64,000 bases of DNA, from the NCBI GenBank assembly GCA_039189765.1, contig JBCCYL010000017.1, positions 29,102 through 93,101 on the forward strand, written 5' to 3'. The stretch comes from Cyanobacteria bacterium P01_F01_bin.150. Its GTDB lineage: Bacteria > Cyanobacteriota > Cyanobacteriia > CAKZMO01. Below are positions 10,066 to 19,155 of this stretch, one piece after another. A model generated the notes under the pieces. The model searched no databases. It worked only from the letters and a program-made list of their open reading frames with translations, and was not told the origin of the DNA. Position 1 is the first letter of the stretch, and each line of letters starts with the position of its first letter. Position numbers and translations under genes: made by a program.

Positions 10066-11099
10066 GTAGTGATGAGGCTCAATCCATTACCAGTCGGGCG
10101 TTATAGTCGTGGATGAAATACCAAATAGCCCCAATATGATTGTCCAATTTTTTGGAAAAAGATAAGCTTTTTCGAACTAATATCATGTCGGGTTAAACAC
10201 CCATAAAAAATCAGTCCATCATTTGGCGCGGCGCGAAGCGCCGCGCCAAATGATATTAAGGGCAATCAAGATGATTTGATATAATCTAGAAATACGTTGG
10301 CGAAAGGTATTATTCAAACGCTCAATGTGACTTGTTTGCCCTGTTTCCGTCCTAACTGCTCGATGACGTTTGCTCCGAATAACTTTTTTGTAAGAGTCTC
10401 AAAAATCAGTATAAAAAACTGCACATTGACGATAAATAGCTGGAATACTTGCCCATAATTTACGAGCTGATTTGCGAGTTCTATCACCAATATAGCAACC
10501 TAATACTTCGCGTGTATCACGGTCAATCGCCAACCAAATATAACGAACAAAAGCATATTTCTTTCGAGTGATATAAAAGGACCACATCTCATCACATTCG
10601 ATCGTCAATCGACCTTTTTGCTTAGCTGAGACCTTTATCTACCTTGGGATAGAATTGAATTTATTATTCACATAGTTTTGTACCCAGGACAGACTAACTC
10701 CAGTCACCCTGACAATGCCTCGCATAGAAATACGTTCCAATAGGAGTTTATCAATTAACGCTTTAGTATCAGTAGAAATTGTCCTCCTTTGAAGATTAAG
10801 CACAAACTGGCGACCACAGCTTTTACATAAGCGTTTATGTTTAGCATTATGAGTAGACCCATTTTTTACAGTGTGGAGAGAACCACAATCAGGACAGATA
10901 TATTTTTCTGCAATCAACCCATATAGAAGAGAATAGGGGGATATATCTTCGTCAAGCGCTAGATTAAGGGTAGAAACAGTAAAATTAAGAAATAGATTTA
11001 ACCTAAAAATAGGATAATTATCGTAAAATAAAGCCTTCATTTTTATTAGTAAATAATTGCCACACACCCTTCTGGATATAGATTATAGTCCATCACTAC
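10066..11099 (-). mobile_element. degraded IS1-family element
   Basis: InsA zinc ribbon CPDC...CKSCGRQF, InsB ECDEMWSF, FYTD and HIERLNNTFRQR motifs; in-frame stops at 10639 and 10399; terminal GTAGTGATG (10066)/CATCACTAC (11091-11099). Confidence 0.85.
10181..10281. mobile_element. 101-bp MITE inserted in IS1 transposase
   Basis: Splits RISRL|VRKSLSF; TAA duplicated (10178-80, 10282-84); ends TATCAtgTC/GAttTGATA; central 17-bp hairpin. Confidence 0.8.
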
Positions 11100-11326
11100 T
11101 TCTGGTTACCCATCGTTGTAATTGTTGTCTAGGTGCGTTGGTCATATCAATGCGTCACAGTTTTAGGTGAGTTGATAAATTGACTGAAAATTCAGAAACT
11201 ACCAAGTCGTGTAGATGAGGCTGCTCTACCTTAACCCTTCTCTTTCGAAAAGTAGGCAGCACGAAGGGCACCTTTGCTAATTCATCTGATTTTCTGCTTG
11301 TCAACAGAGACAACCCATTCCATAAT

Positions 11327-11338
11327 TTGTATAGACAT
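11327..11338. promoter_or_regulatory. candidate GntR/HutC-type (PhnF-like) operator
   Basis: TTGTATAGACAT near-palindrome about 50 bp upstream of phnG. Confidence 0.45.
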
Positions 11339-11346
11339 CTATATTT

Positions 11347-11376
11347 ATTAACATTCGATTAACGGTTGATTAAGTC
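11347..11376 (+). promoter_or_regulatory. Pho box (SphR-type) upstream of phnG
   Basis: ATTAACAT/ATTAACGG/ATTAAGTC at 11347, 11358, 11369 (11-bp period). Confidence 0.65.
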
Positions 11377-11390
11377 CTAGTAATCAAGTT

Positions 11391-11900
11391 ATGAAACAAG
11401 CTGTGTCACGACAGAATTGGATGGCAACGTTTGCCAAAGCCCCACTGGCTCACCTAGAGCAACATGTTGATTCTGTTCTGGAATCAGCATTGTTCTCCGG
11501 TCAAAAGAGGCCAAAGTATCAATTTTTGCGATCGCCCGAAATTGGTCTGGCAATGATCCGAGGTCGAGCAGGCGGCACGGGTCAGCCGTTTAACCTCGGA
11601 GAAATGACCATTACTCGCTGTGTGGTTCAACTAAAGGCAGAAGGCAAAGGGCAGAAGGCAGAATCTAAAATCCCAAATCCTATCTCTGGGTTTGGGTATG
11701 TGGCGGGGCGATCGCATCGTCACGCTGAACTTGTGGCTCTCTGTGATGCGTTGATGCAGCATCCCGACTGGTGCGATCGGGTGCAGGCTGGGGTCATTGA
11801 GCCGTTGGTGGTGCTCGCTCAAGAAAAACGAGCGGCGGAAGCGGCGGAAGTGGAATCCACCCGCGTTAATTTCTTCACTATGCTGCGAGGAGAAAGTTGA
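11391..11900 (+). CDS. phnG: C-P lyase subunit PhnG
   Basis: PEIGLAMIRGRAGGTGQPFNLGEMTITRC, TRVNFFTMLRGE. Confidence 0.95.
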   Translation: MKQAVSRQNWMATFAKAPLAHLEQHVDSVLESALFSGQKRPKYQFLRSPEIGLAMIRGRAGGTGQPFNLGEMTITRCVVQLKAEGKGQKAESKIPNPISGFGYVAGRSHRHAELVALCDALMQHPDWCDRVQAGVIEPLVVLAQEKRAAEAAEVESTRVNFFTMLRGES

Positions 11901-12520
11901 TGATGACTATTGCTGCAACGGCTACCAACCTACCCCAGTCCTCACTTTTGCCTGGATTTGCAGATCCGGTCCACGATAGCCAGCGCACCTTTCGAGCCTT
12001 ATTGGATGCCTTGGCTCGGCCTGGGATCTTGCAATCTACCCCCGCCCTAACTGCTCCGTCAGAGTTGACTTCAAGCTGTGCTGCGGCCTGTCTTACGTTA
12101 CTGGATTTAGAAACCAGCGTTTGGCTCCAGCCCTGTCTTCCCGAATCCGTTCGGTCCTGGCTTCTGTTCTATACTGGGTGCTGCTTTACGCCTGATCCGA
12201 ATACAGCCGATTTCGCCATCATTGTTGATGTGGAATCGGCCCCTTCCTTGGACCAGTTTTGTTACGGCACTCCAGAATATCCAGAGGCATCTACGTCCCT
12301 GCTGATGCAAATTCCATCAATGGAGGGAGGACTGGAGGTAACGCTAAAGGGGCCGGGAATTTTGGATGCGATCGCCATTGCTCCATCTGTAACTGTTGAT
12401 TTCTGGCAACAGTGGCAGGAGATGACAACTGAGTACCCGCTGGGGTTAGATGTTTGGTTCTTCGCTGATGAGCAGATCTTGGGATTACCCCGAACGGCTC
12501 GTCTGAGTTCAGAAGGCTAG
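11900..12520 (+). CDS. phnH: C-P lyase subunit PhnH
   Basis: PGFADPVHDSQRTFRALLDALARPG, GTPEYPEAS, GLPRT. Confidence 0.95.
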   Translation: MMTIAATATNLPQSSLLPGFADPVHDSQRTFRALLDALARPGILQSTPALTAPSELTSSCAAACLTLLDLETSVWLQPCLPESVRSWLLFYTGCCFTPDPNTADFAIIVDVESAPSLDQFCYGTPEYPEASTSLLMQIPSMEGGLEVTLKGPGILDAIAIAPSVTVDFWQQWQEMTTEYPLGLDVWFFADEQILGLPRTARLSSEG

Positions 12521-12523
12521 ACC

Positions 12524-12973
12524 ATGGATGTCGTTGTTCAGTTGGGCGCGATCGCCGACCTTCCTGCAGTGTTGGACCTCTACCTCAAAGCGGGGATTGA
12601 CCATGACACGACCGTCACGCTAGCAAATGCTGAGCAATGGTTTCACGCCCTTCGACGGTATCCCAACTATCACCTGTGGGTGGCTTATTGCGGTAGTGAG
12701 CTTGTCGGAACATTTACGTTGCTGGTTATGGATAATCTGAACCACCACGGTTGTCCCTCCAGCATTGTGGAAGGGGTGGCGGTTGCGCCAGAGTACCAAG
12801 GGCAAGGTATTGGCAGACAAATGATGGGAAAGGCGATCGCTCTCTCTCGTGAAGCGGGATGCTACAAAATGGTGCTTTCCACCAATCTTAGACGCAAAGA
12901 AGCCCACGTCTTTTATGAGTCCCTTGGATTCGAAAAACATGGATATAGCTATCGGATAGAGTTGGAGTATTAA
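12524..12973 (+). CDS. GNAT acetyltransferase (PhnO-like by context)
   Basis: VAVAPEYQGQGIG acetyl-CoA motif, FYESLGF; inside phn operon. Confidence 0.8.
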   Translation: MDVVVQLGAIADLPAVLDLYLKAGIDHDTTVTLANAEQWFHALRRYPNYHLWVAYCGSELVGTFTLLVMDNLNHHGCPSSIVEGVAVAPEYQGQGIGRQMMGKAIALSREAGCYKMVLSTNLRRKEAHVFYESLGFEKHGYSYRIELEY

Positions 12974-13005
12974 CCCATTTGGCCATCATGATCTAGGAAA
13001 AATCT

Positions 13006-13410
13006 ATGAAATTGACCAACCTCATCCCAATGTTGAATGTATCAAATCTGGAGGCCAGTCTCGATTTTTATAAGCGAGTGTTAGACTTCCAAGTCGTCAG
13101 TCCGACTGAGGCCATTATCGAATGGCGATGGGCCACCATCCGTTCTGGCGATACGGAACTTATGCTATCGGAATCAGACTGTGACATTGGACTGAAGAAA
13201 GGGATTAATCCCCAACAAGAGGTCAGTTGGCCCAGCATTTTATATTTCTATCCCGATGATGTTGACGCCCTATATGCCCACGTTACTCAACAGGGATTTA
13301 CCCCAACCCCCCTCGAAATAACCTTCTACGGAATGAAAGAGTTTAGCCTCCAAGACCTGGATGGTCATCTCCTTAGTTTTGGACAAGCGACGAATGACCA
13401 GTCTGTCTGA
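13006..13410 (+). CDS. VOC/glyoxalase family protein
   Basis: PMLNVSNLEASLDFY...YGMKEFSLQDLDGHLLSF. Confidence 0.85.
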   Translation: MKLTNLIPMLNVSNLEASLDFYKRVLDFQVVSPTEAIIEWRWATIRSGDTELMLSESDCDIGLKKGINPQQEVSWPSILYFYPDDVDALYAHVTQQGFTPTPLEITFYGMKEFSLQDLDGHLLSFGQATNDQSV

Positions 13411-13525
13411 GGTAATAGCAGTGAACACGGTGAACTTAGGGTCCAAGAATCTTGGGAGCCAAGACTAATGCAGGACTTTAGCCCATCATTTCAATCCACC
13501 CATCACGGTTTCATAGGAGAAAAGT

Positions 13526-14695
13526 ATGCCCTACGTTGCGGTTAAAGGTGGCGAGAAAGCCATCCAAAATGCAGAAGCATTGCTCAAGTCCAAACGACGG
13601 GGCAATAACGAGATTCCAGAATTATTCCTGGAGCAGATCAAGCAGCAGATGCAACTTGCAGTCAATCGTGTCATGGCGGAAGGGAGCCTGTATGATCCAG
13701 ATTTAGCCGCCCTTGCCATCAAGCAATCCTGGGGCGATCTGGTGGAAGCCGCGTTCCTGCTAAGAGCCTATCGCACCACCCTGCCGCGCCTTTACTACAG
13801 CAAACCCATTGACACCAGCGACATGCATCTCCAACGCCGCATCTCTGCCATCTTCAAAGATGCCCCCGGAGGTCAAAAGCTGGGACCAACCTTCGACTAT
13901 ATCCACCGTCTCCTTGACTTCAAACTTGCTGCCGAAGACAACACTTTCCCAGCCCCCGTTTCTGAGGGCAGCGATCCCACAGAAGCCACTCCCTATATTG
14001 TCAAAACTCTTCAGCAAGAAGGACTGGTTGAAAGGCAGAAGGCAGAAGGCAGAAGGCAGAAGGCAGAAGGCACAACTCAAAACTCAAAACTCTCCAACTC
14101 CCCAACTCCCCAACTCTCCAACTCCAAAACTCCTTTCGACCTGACACGTCAGTCTCTCACCACTCCGACCGATCGCGATGCTCGACTGCAAAATTTGGCT
14201 CGGGGTGACGAGGGATTTTTGCTGGCAATGGCCTACTCCACTCAGCGGGGCTATGGTAAAAACCATCCCTTTGCCGGGGAGATTCGGATGGGAGATGTTG
14301 AAGTGGTGATTTGTCCTGAAGAATTGGGGTTTGAGGTGGCGATCGCCGACATTACTGTCACCGAAGTACAAATGGTTAACCAGTTCAAAGGCAACAAGAA
14401 AACGCCACCCCAATTCACCCAAGGCTACGGCCTTACCTTTGGCTACAACGAACGGAAGGCGATGGCGATGGCTCTGGTCGATCGGGCACTGCAAGCGAAG
14501 GACTTGGGAGAGGCGATCGATGGTCCGGCCCAAGATGAGGAATTTGTGCTCTGGCACTCGGACAATATTGAAGCGCAGGGATTTGTCCAGCACCTGAAAT
14601 TGCCTCATTACATCGACTTTCAGGCTGAGTTGAATCTCGTGCGTAAACTCCGTAAGGATTATGATAAAGATCATCCTAATACTCAGCAGTCTTAG
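13526..14695 (+). CDS. phnI: C-P lyase subunit PhnI
   Basis: YVAVKGGEKAI, LLRAYRTTLPR, LARGDEGFLL, GFVQHLKLPHYIDFQAEL. Confidence 0.97.
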   Translation: MPYVAVKGGEKAIQNAEALLKSKRRGNNEIPELFLEQIKQQMQLAVNRVMAEGSLYDPDLAALAIKQSWGDLVEAAFLLRAYRTTLPRLYYSKPIDTSDMHLQRRISAIFKDAPGGQKLGPTFDYIHRLLDFKLAAEDNTFPAPVSEGSDPTEATPYIVKTLQQEGLVERQKAEGRRQKAEGTTQNSKLSNSPTPQLSNSKTPFDLTRQSLTTPTDRDARLQNLARGDEGFLLAMAYSTQRGYGKNHPFAGEIRMGDVEVVICPEELGFEVAIADITVTEVQMVNQFKGNKKTPPQFTQGYGLTFGYNERKAMAMALVDRALQAKDLGEAIDGPAQDEEFVLWHSDNIEAQGFVQHLKLPHYIDFQAELNLVRKLRKDYDKDHPNTQQS

Positions 14696-14741
14696 TACTG
14701 TGAAAACTCTCTGAAATACCAGTAAACGGAAAGGGATTTAC

Positions 14742-15047
14742 ATGGGTATTCTTATCTTGCTTCTTCCGCCTGCTCTCTGCATTTTCTTATGGAGAAAAGA
14801 ACGGCTCTATATTGGGTTTCTCCTAGGAATACTTATCTTTTGGAGCATTTATGCAGTCGGATTATATCAATACTGTCAAACCTCTGACAAACCTTGCCTA
14901 CCCGATGAAAATGGAGCAGTTTTGATGGCGATGTTCTTCTTTAGTGTGATATATAACGTCCTTCTTCTTGGAACCAGAGCTGTTCTGGAAATAGGTCTTG
15001 ATTTTTTGAAGCTGGGCAGGTTTATCACATTTGGCAGAAGGCGCTAG
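14742..15047 (+). CDS. small membrane protein
   Basis: Three hydrophobic stretches; RBS-like AAGGGA upstream; AT-rich. Confidence 0.55.
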   Translation: MGILILLLPPALCIFLWRKERLYIGFLLGILIFWSIYAVGLYQYCQTSDKPCLPDENGAVLMAMFFFSVIYNVLLLGTRAVLEIGLDFLKLGRFITFGRRR

Positions 15048-15194
15048 GCGATCGCTCATTCACTCCAAAAACGACCAATGTTGGGTTTCCTTTCGTCTTC
15101 CTTAAATACCTTTGAGACTATAACCTAACCTACAAAACTCTCCAACTCCCTAACTCCCCAACTCCCCAACTCCCTATCTAAAATCCAAAATCCC

Positions 15195-16067
15195 ATGTCT
15201 TCTACCGAACCCGGCTTCAACTTTGCCTATCTCGACGAACAAACGAAACGGTCTATCCGACGCGCTCTACTAAAAGCCATTGCCATCCCCGGTCACCAAA
15301 TTCCCTTTAGCGCCCGTGAAATGCCCATGTCATACGGTTGGGGAACTGGGGGGATTCAAGTCACGGCTTCGGTGATTGGCCAGGACGATACGCTCAAAGT
15401 CATTGACCAAGGGGCAGACGACACCACCAATGCCGTCAATATCCGTCGCTTTTTCAAAAAGGTATGTGGTGTAGAAACCACTGAACAAACTGAAAAAGCA
15501 ACTCTGATCCAAACCCGTCACCGCATCCCAGAAACGCCTTTGAAAGAAGACCAGACAATGGTGTATCAGGTGCCCATGCCGGAGCCGCTGTATTTTATTG
15601 AGCCATCTCGTACGGAAGCAAACAAAATGCATGCCCTGGAAGAGTATGGCCCCATGTACGTCAAGCTGTACGAGGACGTGACCCGCTTTGGTCGCATTTC
15701 CCTTGCCTACGACTATCCCGTAATGGTGAACGATCGCCACCTAATGAATCCCAGCCCCATCCCTCGCTTTGATAATCCTAAGATGCACATGAATCCTGCC
15801 CTCCAGCTCTTTGGTGCAGGCCGGGAAAAACGCATCTATGCCATTCCCCCCTACACCAAAGTGAAAAGCTTAGATTTTGAAGACTATCCCTTTAGCGTCG
15901 AAACCTGGGATCAGCCCTGTGAATTTTGTGGCGCTACTGATAGCTACCTCGACGAAGTCTTGATCGACGACAAAGGCGGACGCATGTGGATCTGCTCCGA
16001 TACAGACTATTGCAGTCAACGCCAAGCATCCCAAGCATCCGCTAACCTAAATGAAGAGGAATTTTAG
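15195..16067 (+). CDS. phnJ: C-P lyase radical SAM subunit PhnJ
   Basis: AIPGHQIPF, YGWGTGG, DQGADDTTNA, CEFC...CSDTDYC cysteine cluster. Confidence 0.98.
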   Translation: MSSTEPGFNFAYLDEQTKRSIRRALLKAIAIPGHQIPFSAREMPMSYGWGTGGIQVTASVIGQDDTLKVIDQGADDTTNAVNIRRFFKKVCGVETTEQTEKATLIQTRHRIPETPLKEDQTMVYQVPMPEPLYFIEPSRTEANKMHALEEYGPMYVKLYEDVTRFGRISLAYDYPVMVNDRHLMNPSPIPRFDNPKMHMNPALQLFGAGREKRIYAIPPYTKVKSLDFEDYPFSVETWDQPCEFCGATDSYLDEVLIDDKGGRMWICSDTDYCSQRQASQASANLNEEEF

Positions 16068-16073
16068 AGTAAA

Positions 16074-16913
16074 ATGGTGACCTTTCTCTTTTGGAATTTG
16101 AATGGCAAAGCACTGGATCAGGAAGTTACTCAACTTTGTGATACTCACTCTGTTGATGTCTTGGTCGTAGCAGAAGTAATAGGAAGGCAAGCGACTGCAA
16201 TTCAAGTAAAAAGTCGAGAGACTACGATTCAACAAAGTCTTACGTCCAAAACAGGGAAGACCTATGTGACAGAACATAATGATTTTTCCTACAGACTAAA
16301 GTTTTTCTTTCGCTATTCATCAAAATCAATATCTCAGATTGAAGATTTTTATGGCTTATCCATCCGAGAAATTTCCTTACCAAATAGCCAATCGATGTTG
16401 CTAGCCGCTGTTCATCTGACTAGCAAGTTACACGCAGATAATGCAGAGCAGGAGTCCCAAACTAGAGATATAGTTAAACGAATTGAAGCAGCGGAAGAGA
16501 AGAGAGGTCATCGCAGAACGCTAGTGATGGGTGACTTTAATATGAACCCATTTGAGGGTGGGCTTGTCAATGCAGATGCTTTTCATGGCGTGATGTCAAA
16601 GCACATTGCCCAATCTAAGTCAAGGACAGTGAGGAAGACTAAAAGATATTTTTTCTACAATCCTATGTGGGGAAGGATGGGAGATATTTCTGAGGGGCCA
16701 CCAGGGACTTATTACTATAAAAAATCTACTAATCGTGAGGTTTTTTGGAATACATTTGATCAATTATTACTTAGACCTGAGCTACTGCCTTTATTCAAGG
16801 CTGACAAATTAAAAGTAATAACTAAAGTTGGCAGCTTATCATTAATTAATAAAGACAAGGTTAATGCCAAAGATTTTTCTGATCACTTGCCCATTTTAAT
16901 TGATTTGAGTTAA
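16074..16913 (+). CDS. endonuclease/exonuclease/phosphatase (EEP) family protein
   Basis: FWNL, VVAE, AVHL, GDFN, FDQ, SDHLP motifs. Confidence 0.88.
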   Translation: MVTFLFWNLNGKALDQEVTQLCDTHSVDVLVVAEVIGRQATAIQVKSRETTIQQSLTSKTGKTYVTEHNDFSYRLKFFFRYSSKSISQIEDFYGLSIREISLPNSQSMLLAAVHLTSKLHADNAEQESQTRDIVKRIEAAEEKRGHRRTLVMGDFNMNPFEGGLVNADAFHGVMSKHIAQSKSRTVRKTKRYFFYNPMWGRMGDISEGPPGTYYYKKSTNREVFWNTFDQLLLRPELLPLFKADKLKVITKVGSLSLINKDKVNAKDFSDHLPILIDLS

Positions 16914-16930
16914 CAACAGGAGCTTGATAA

Positions 16931-17347
16931 ATGCCAGAATCGCGTAGCTTTTGGGGAGGAATTAGTGCAATTAATGGAGGTCAGGATATACCAGATATTC
17001 CTCAGAAAATACTAAAAGATCAAGCAGAGTTTCTAACTAGTCAAACAAAGGGAATTCTTATTGGAGAAGTTGTTGAAGGAGTGAAACCTAAGAATAGCAT
17101 ATATTCATGCCATCTCCGAATTACTGTCCCTGCTCTAGGTCATTATATTTACAATGTCCTTAAGATTAACTATCCAATAGAAGAGATATATCCAGGCACA
17201 GTTATTAGTTCTCATGATGAAAAATATGAATGTAAAGATGTTGATGAATATGAGGCAATACTGGAGAGGATTCTAAGTTCGGAGCAGCTAAAACATATTG
17301 TCTCTCTTTTGTTAGCACAAGCTTCTATTGAGCTAAAGTCAATCTGA
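16931..17347 (+). CDS. hypothetical protein, partner of EEP gene
   Basis: 138-aa ORF with RBS (AGGAG); AT-rich like the upstream EEP gene. Confidence 0.7.
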   Translation: MPESRSFWGGISAINGGQDIPDIPQKILKDQAEFLTSQTKGILIGEVVEGVKPKNSIYSCHLRITVPALGHYIYNVLKINYPIEEIYPGTVISSHDEKYECKDVDEYEAILERILSSEQLKHIVSLLLAQASIELKSI

Positions 17348-17356
17348 AATATATCC

Positions 17357-18127
17357 ATGAAACCATTATTAACCATTGACAGTCTCCGCAAATATTACGG
17401 AGAACTGTGTGCGTGCGATCGCATCTCTTTCTCCCTCTACCCTGGTCAAGTTCTCGGCATTATTGGTGAGTCTGGATCGGGTAAAAGTACATTGCTCAAT
17501 GCGATCGCCGGACAGATTCCCTTTGAACAGGGCGAAATAACCTACTGGAATCGTGAGGACACCCTTATGAATCTGCGTACTCTATCCGAACCCAAACGCC
17601 GCAAGCTGATGAAAACCGAATGGGGCTTTGTCCAACAAAATCCCCGTGACGGCTTGCGGATGCGGGTGACCGCTGGGGCTAATATTGGCGAACGCTTGCT
17701 GGATGTGGGCCAGCGGCACTATGGCAATATTCGCACAGAGGCTTTGGAATGGTTGCGGGAGGTGGAAATACCGGGCGATCGCATCGACCATTTCCCCTCT
17801 ACATTTTCCGGCGGAATGCAGCAGCGATTGCAGTTGGCCCGAATTTTGGTGACTCGTCCTCGGATTGTATTGATGGATGAGCCGACGGGGGGACTGGATG
17901 TGTCGGTGCAGGCGCGATTGCTGGACTTGATGCGATCGCTGGTTCGCACGCTCAACCTCAGCGTGATTTTGGTGACTCATGATATTGGAGTGGTGCGATT
18001 GCTGGCCCATCGGCTGATGGTGATGCAGAACGGTCAGGTGGTGGAAGCAGGGCTGACAGATCAGGTGCTTGACGATCCCCATCATCCCTATACTCAGCAA
18101 TTGGTTAACGCTACTTTGGTTCCCTGA
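17357..18127 (+). CDS. phnK: C-P lyase ATP-binding subunit PhnK
   Basis: GESGSGKS, WGFVQQNPRDGL, FSGGMQQRLQ, DEPTGGLDVSVQARLLD. Confidence 0.96.
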   Translation: MKPLLTIDSLRKYYGELCACDRISFSLYPGQVLGIIGESGSGKSTLLNAIAGQIPFEQGEITYWNREDTLMNLRTLSEPKRRKLMKTEWGFVQQNPRDGLRMRVTAGANIGERLLDVGQRHYGNIRTEALEWLREVEIPGDRIDHFPSTFSGGMQQRLQLARILVTRPRIVLMDEPTGGLDVSVQARLLDLMRSLVRTLNLSVILVTHDIGVVRLLAHRLMVMQNGQVVEAGLTDQVLDDPHHPYTQQLVNATLVP

Positions 18128-18188
18128 TAACACCCGCGAGTGAACTTCTTTTGATTTAAATACATTCACTCTCGATTGGTGTCCGGAA

Positions 18189-18282
18189 CCCACCCCCAGC
18201 CCCTCCCGAGAGGGGAGCCAGATGCAGATGGAGACTTGGGCTACGTTCCAGTTCCCCTCCTTGGAGGGGCTAGGGGTGGGTC
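18189..18282. repeat. REP-like inverted repeat (CCCCTCC..GAGGGG family)
   Basis: ACCCACCCCCAGCCCCTCCC...GGAGGGGCTAGGGGTGGGT; related copy at about 24193-24290. Confidence 0.65.
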
Positions 18283-18361
18283 AGTCGGGATTCAATGCAT
18301 CATTTGGAATCTGCATGAACAAAGTCTATTAATTTGCAACCAAACGAACATCTCACTACTC

Positions 18362-19090
18362 ATGATTACTAATCTATCTGCTCCTCCGAATCAATTTGTT
18401 CCCAAATCCTCAACCACTCGACTGCAAGCCGATAATCTAGTCAAGAGCTTCGTTTTGCATACCCAAGGCAGTATTGAATTACCTGTATTAGAAGGGGTGT
18501 CTTTAGCGGTGAACGCTGGCGAGTGCGTGGCATTGTCTGGGCCATCGGGGTCAGGGAAATCGACGTTTATGCGATCGCTCTATGCCAACTACCGTATCGA
18601 CAGTGGCCATATTTGGGTCCAGCATCAGGAGACCTGGGTGGATTTAGCTCAGCTGGAACCTCATCAACTGATTGAAGTGCGTCAGCATACCCTGGGGTAC
18701 GTCAGCCAATTTTTGCGGGTGATTCCCCGCGTTCCAGCAGTGGAAGTGGCGGCAGAACCGCTGATGGAATTGGGCGTTGAGCGGGAGGATGCCTGTGAGA
18801 AAGTTCGGGGATTATTCCAGCGCTTGAAATTGCCTGAGCGCTTGTGGGAGCTATCGCCTACGACGTTCTCGGGAGGAGAAAAACAGCGAGTGAATATTGC
18901 CCGTGCCTTTTCGGTGGATTATCCGATTTTGCTGTTGGATGAGCCGACCTCTGCATTGGATGCGGCTAATCGGGAGGTGGTGATGCAGTTGATTGAAGAA
19001 CGCAAAGCTGATGGATGTGCGATGGTGGGGATTTTCCATGATGACGAAGTGCGGGAGCGAGTGTGCGATCGCCAGCTCACCTTTGGATAA
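18362..19090 (+). CDS. phnL: C-P lyase ATP-binding subunit PhnL
   Basis: KSFVLHTQG, GPSGSGKS, GYVSQFLRVIPRV, FSGGEKQRVNIAR; ATG 18362 preferred over the TTG that runs through the REP. Confidence 0.95.
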   Translation: MITNLSAPPNQFVPKSSTTRLQADNLVKSFVLHTQGSIELPVLEGVSLAVNAGECVALSGPSGSGKSTFMRSLYANYRIDSGHIWVQHQETWVDLAQLEPHQLIEVRQHTLGYVSQFLRVIPRVPAVEVAAEPLMELGVEREDACEKVRGLFQRLKLPERLWELSPTTFSGGEKQRVNIARAFSVDYPILLLDEPTSALDAANREVVMQLIEERKADGCAMVGIFHDDEVRERVCDRQLTFG

Positions 19091-19155
19091 GCAACATAAT
19101 GTTTACTTAACGTTTTTCCTCTATCACTGTTAGAAGCCGAGGTTTTCACGAGTTT

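Noticed and set aside
14084..14674. Long antisense ORFs (also 17582-18193, 25331-25927, 50777-51361, 59671-60216)
   Set aside because: Shadows of well-supported genes with no recognisable motifs
18176..18361. N-terminal extension of PhnL in the ORF track
   Set aside because: Reads through a REP-like repeat; downstream ATG fits better
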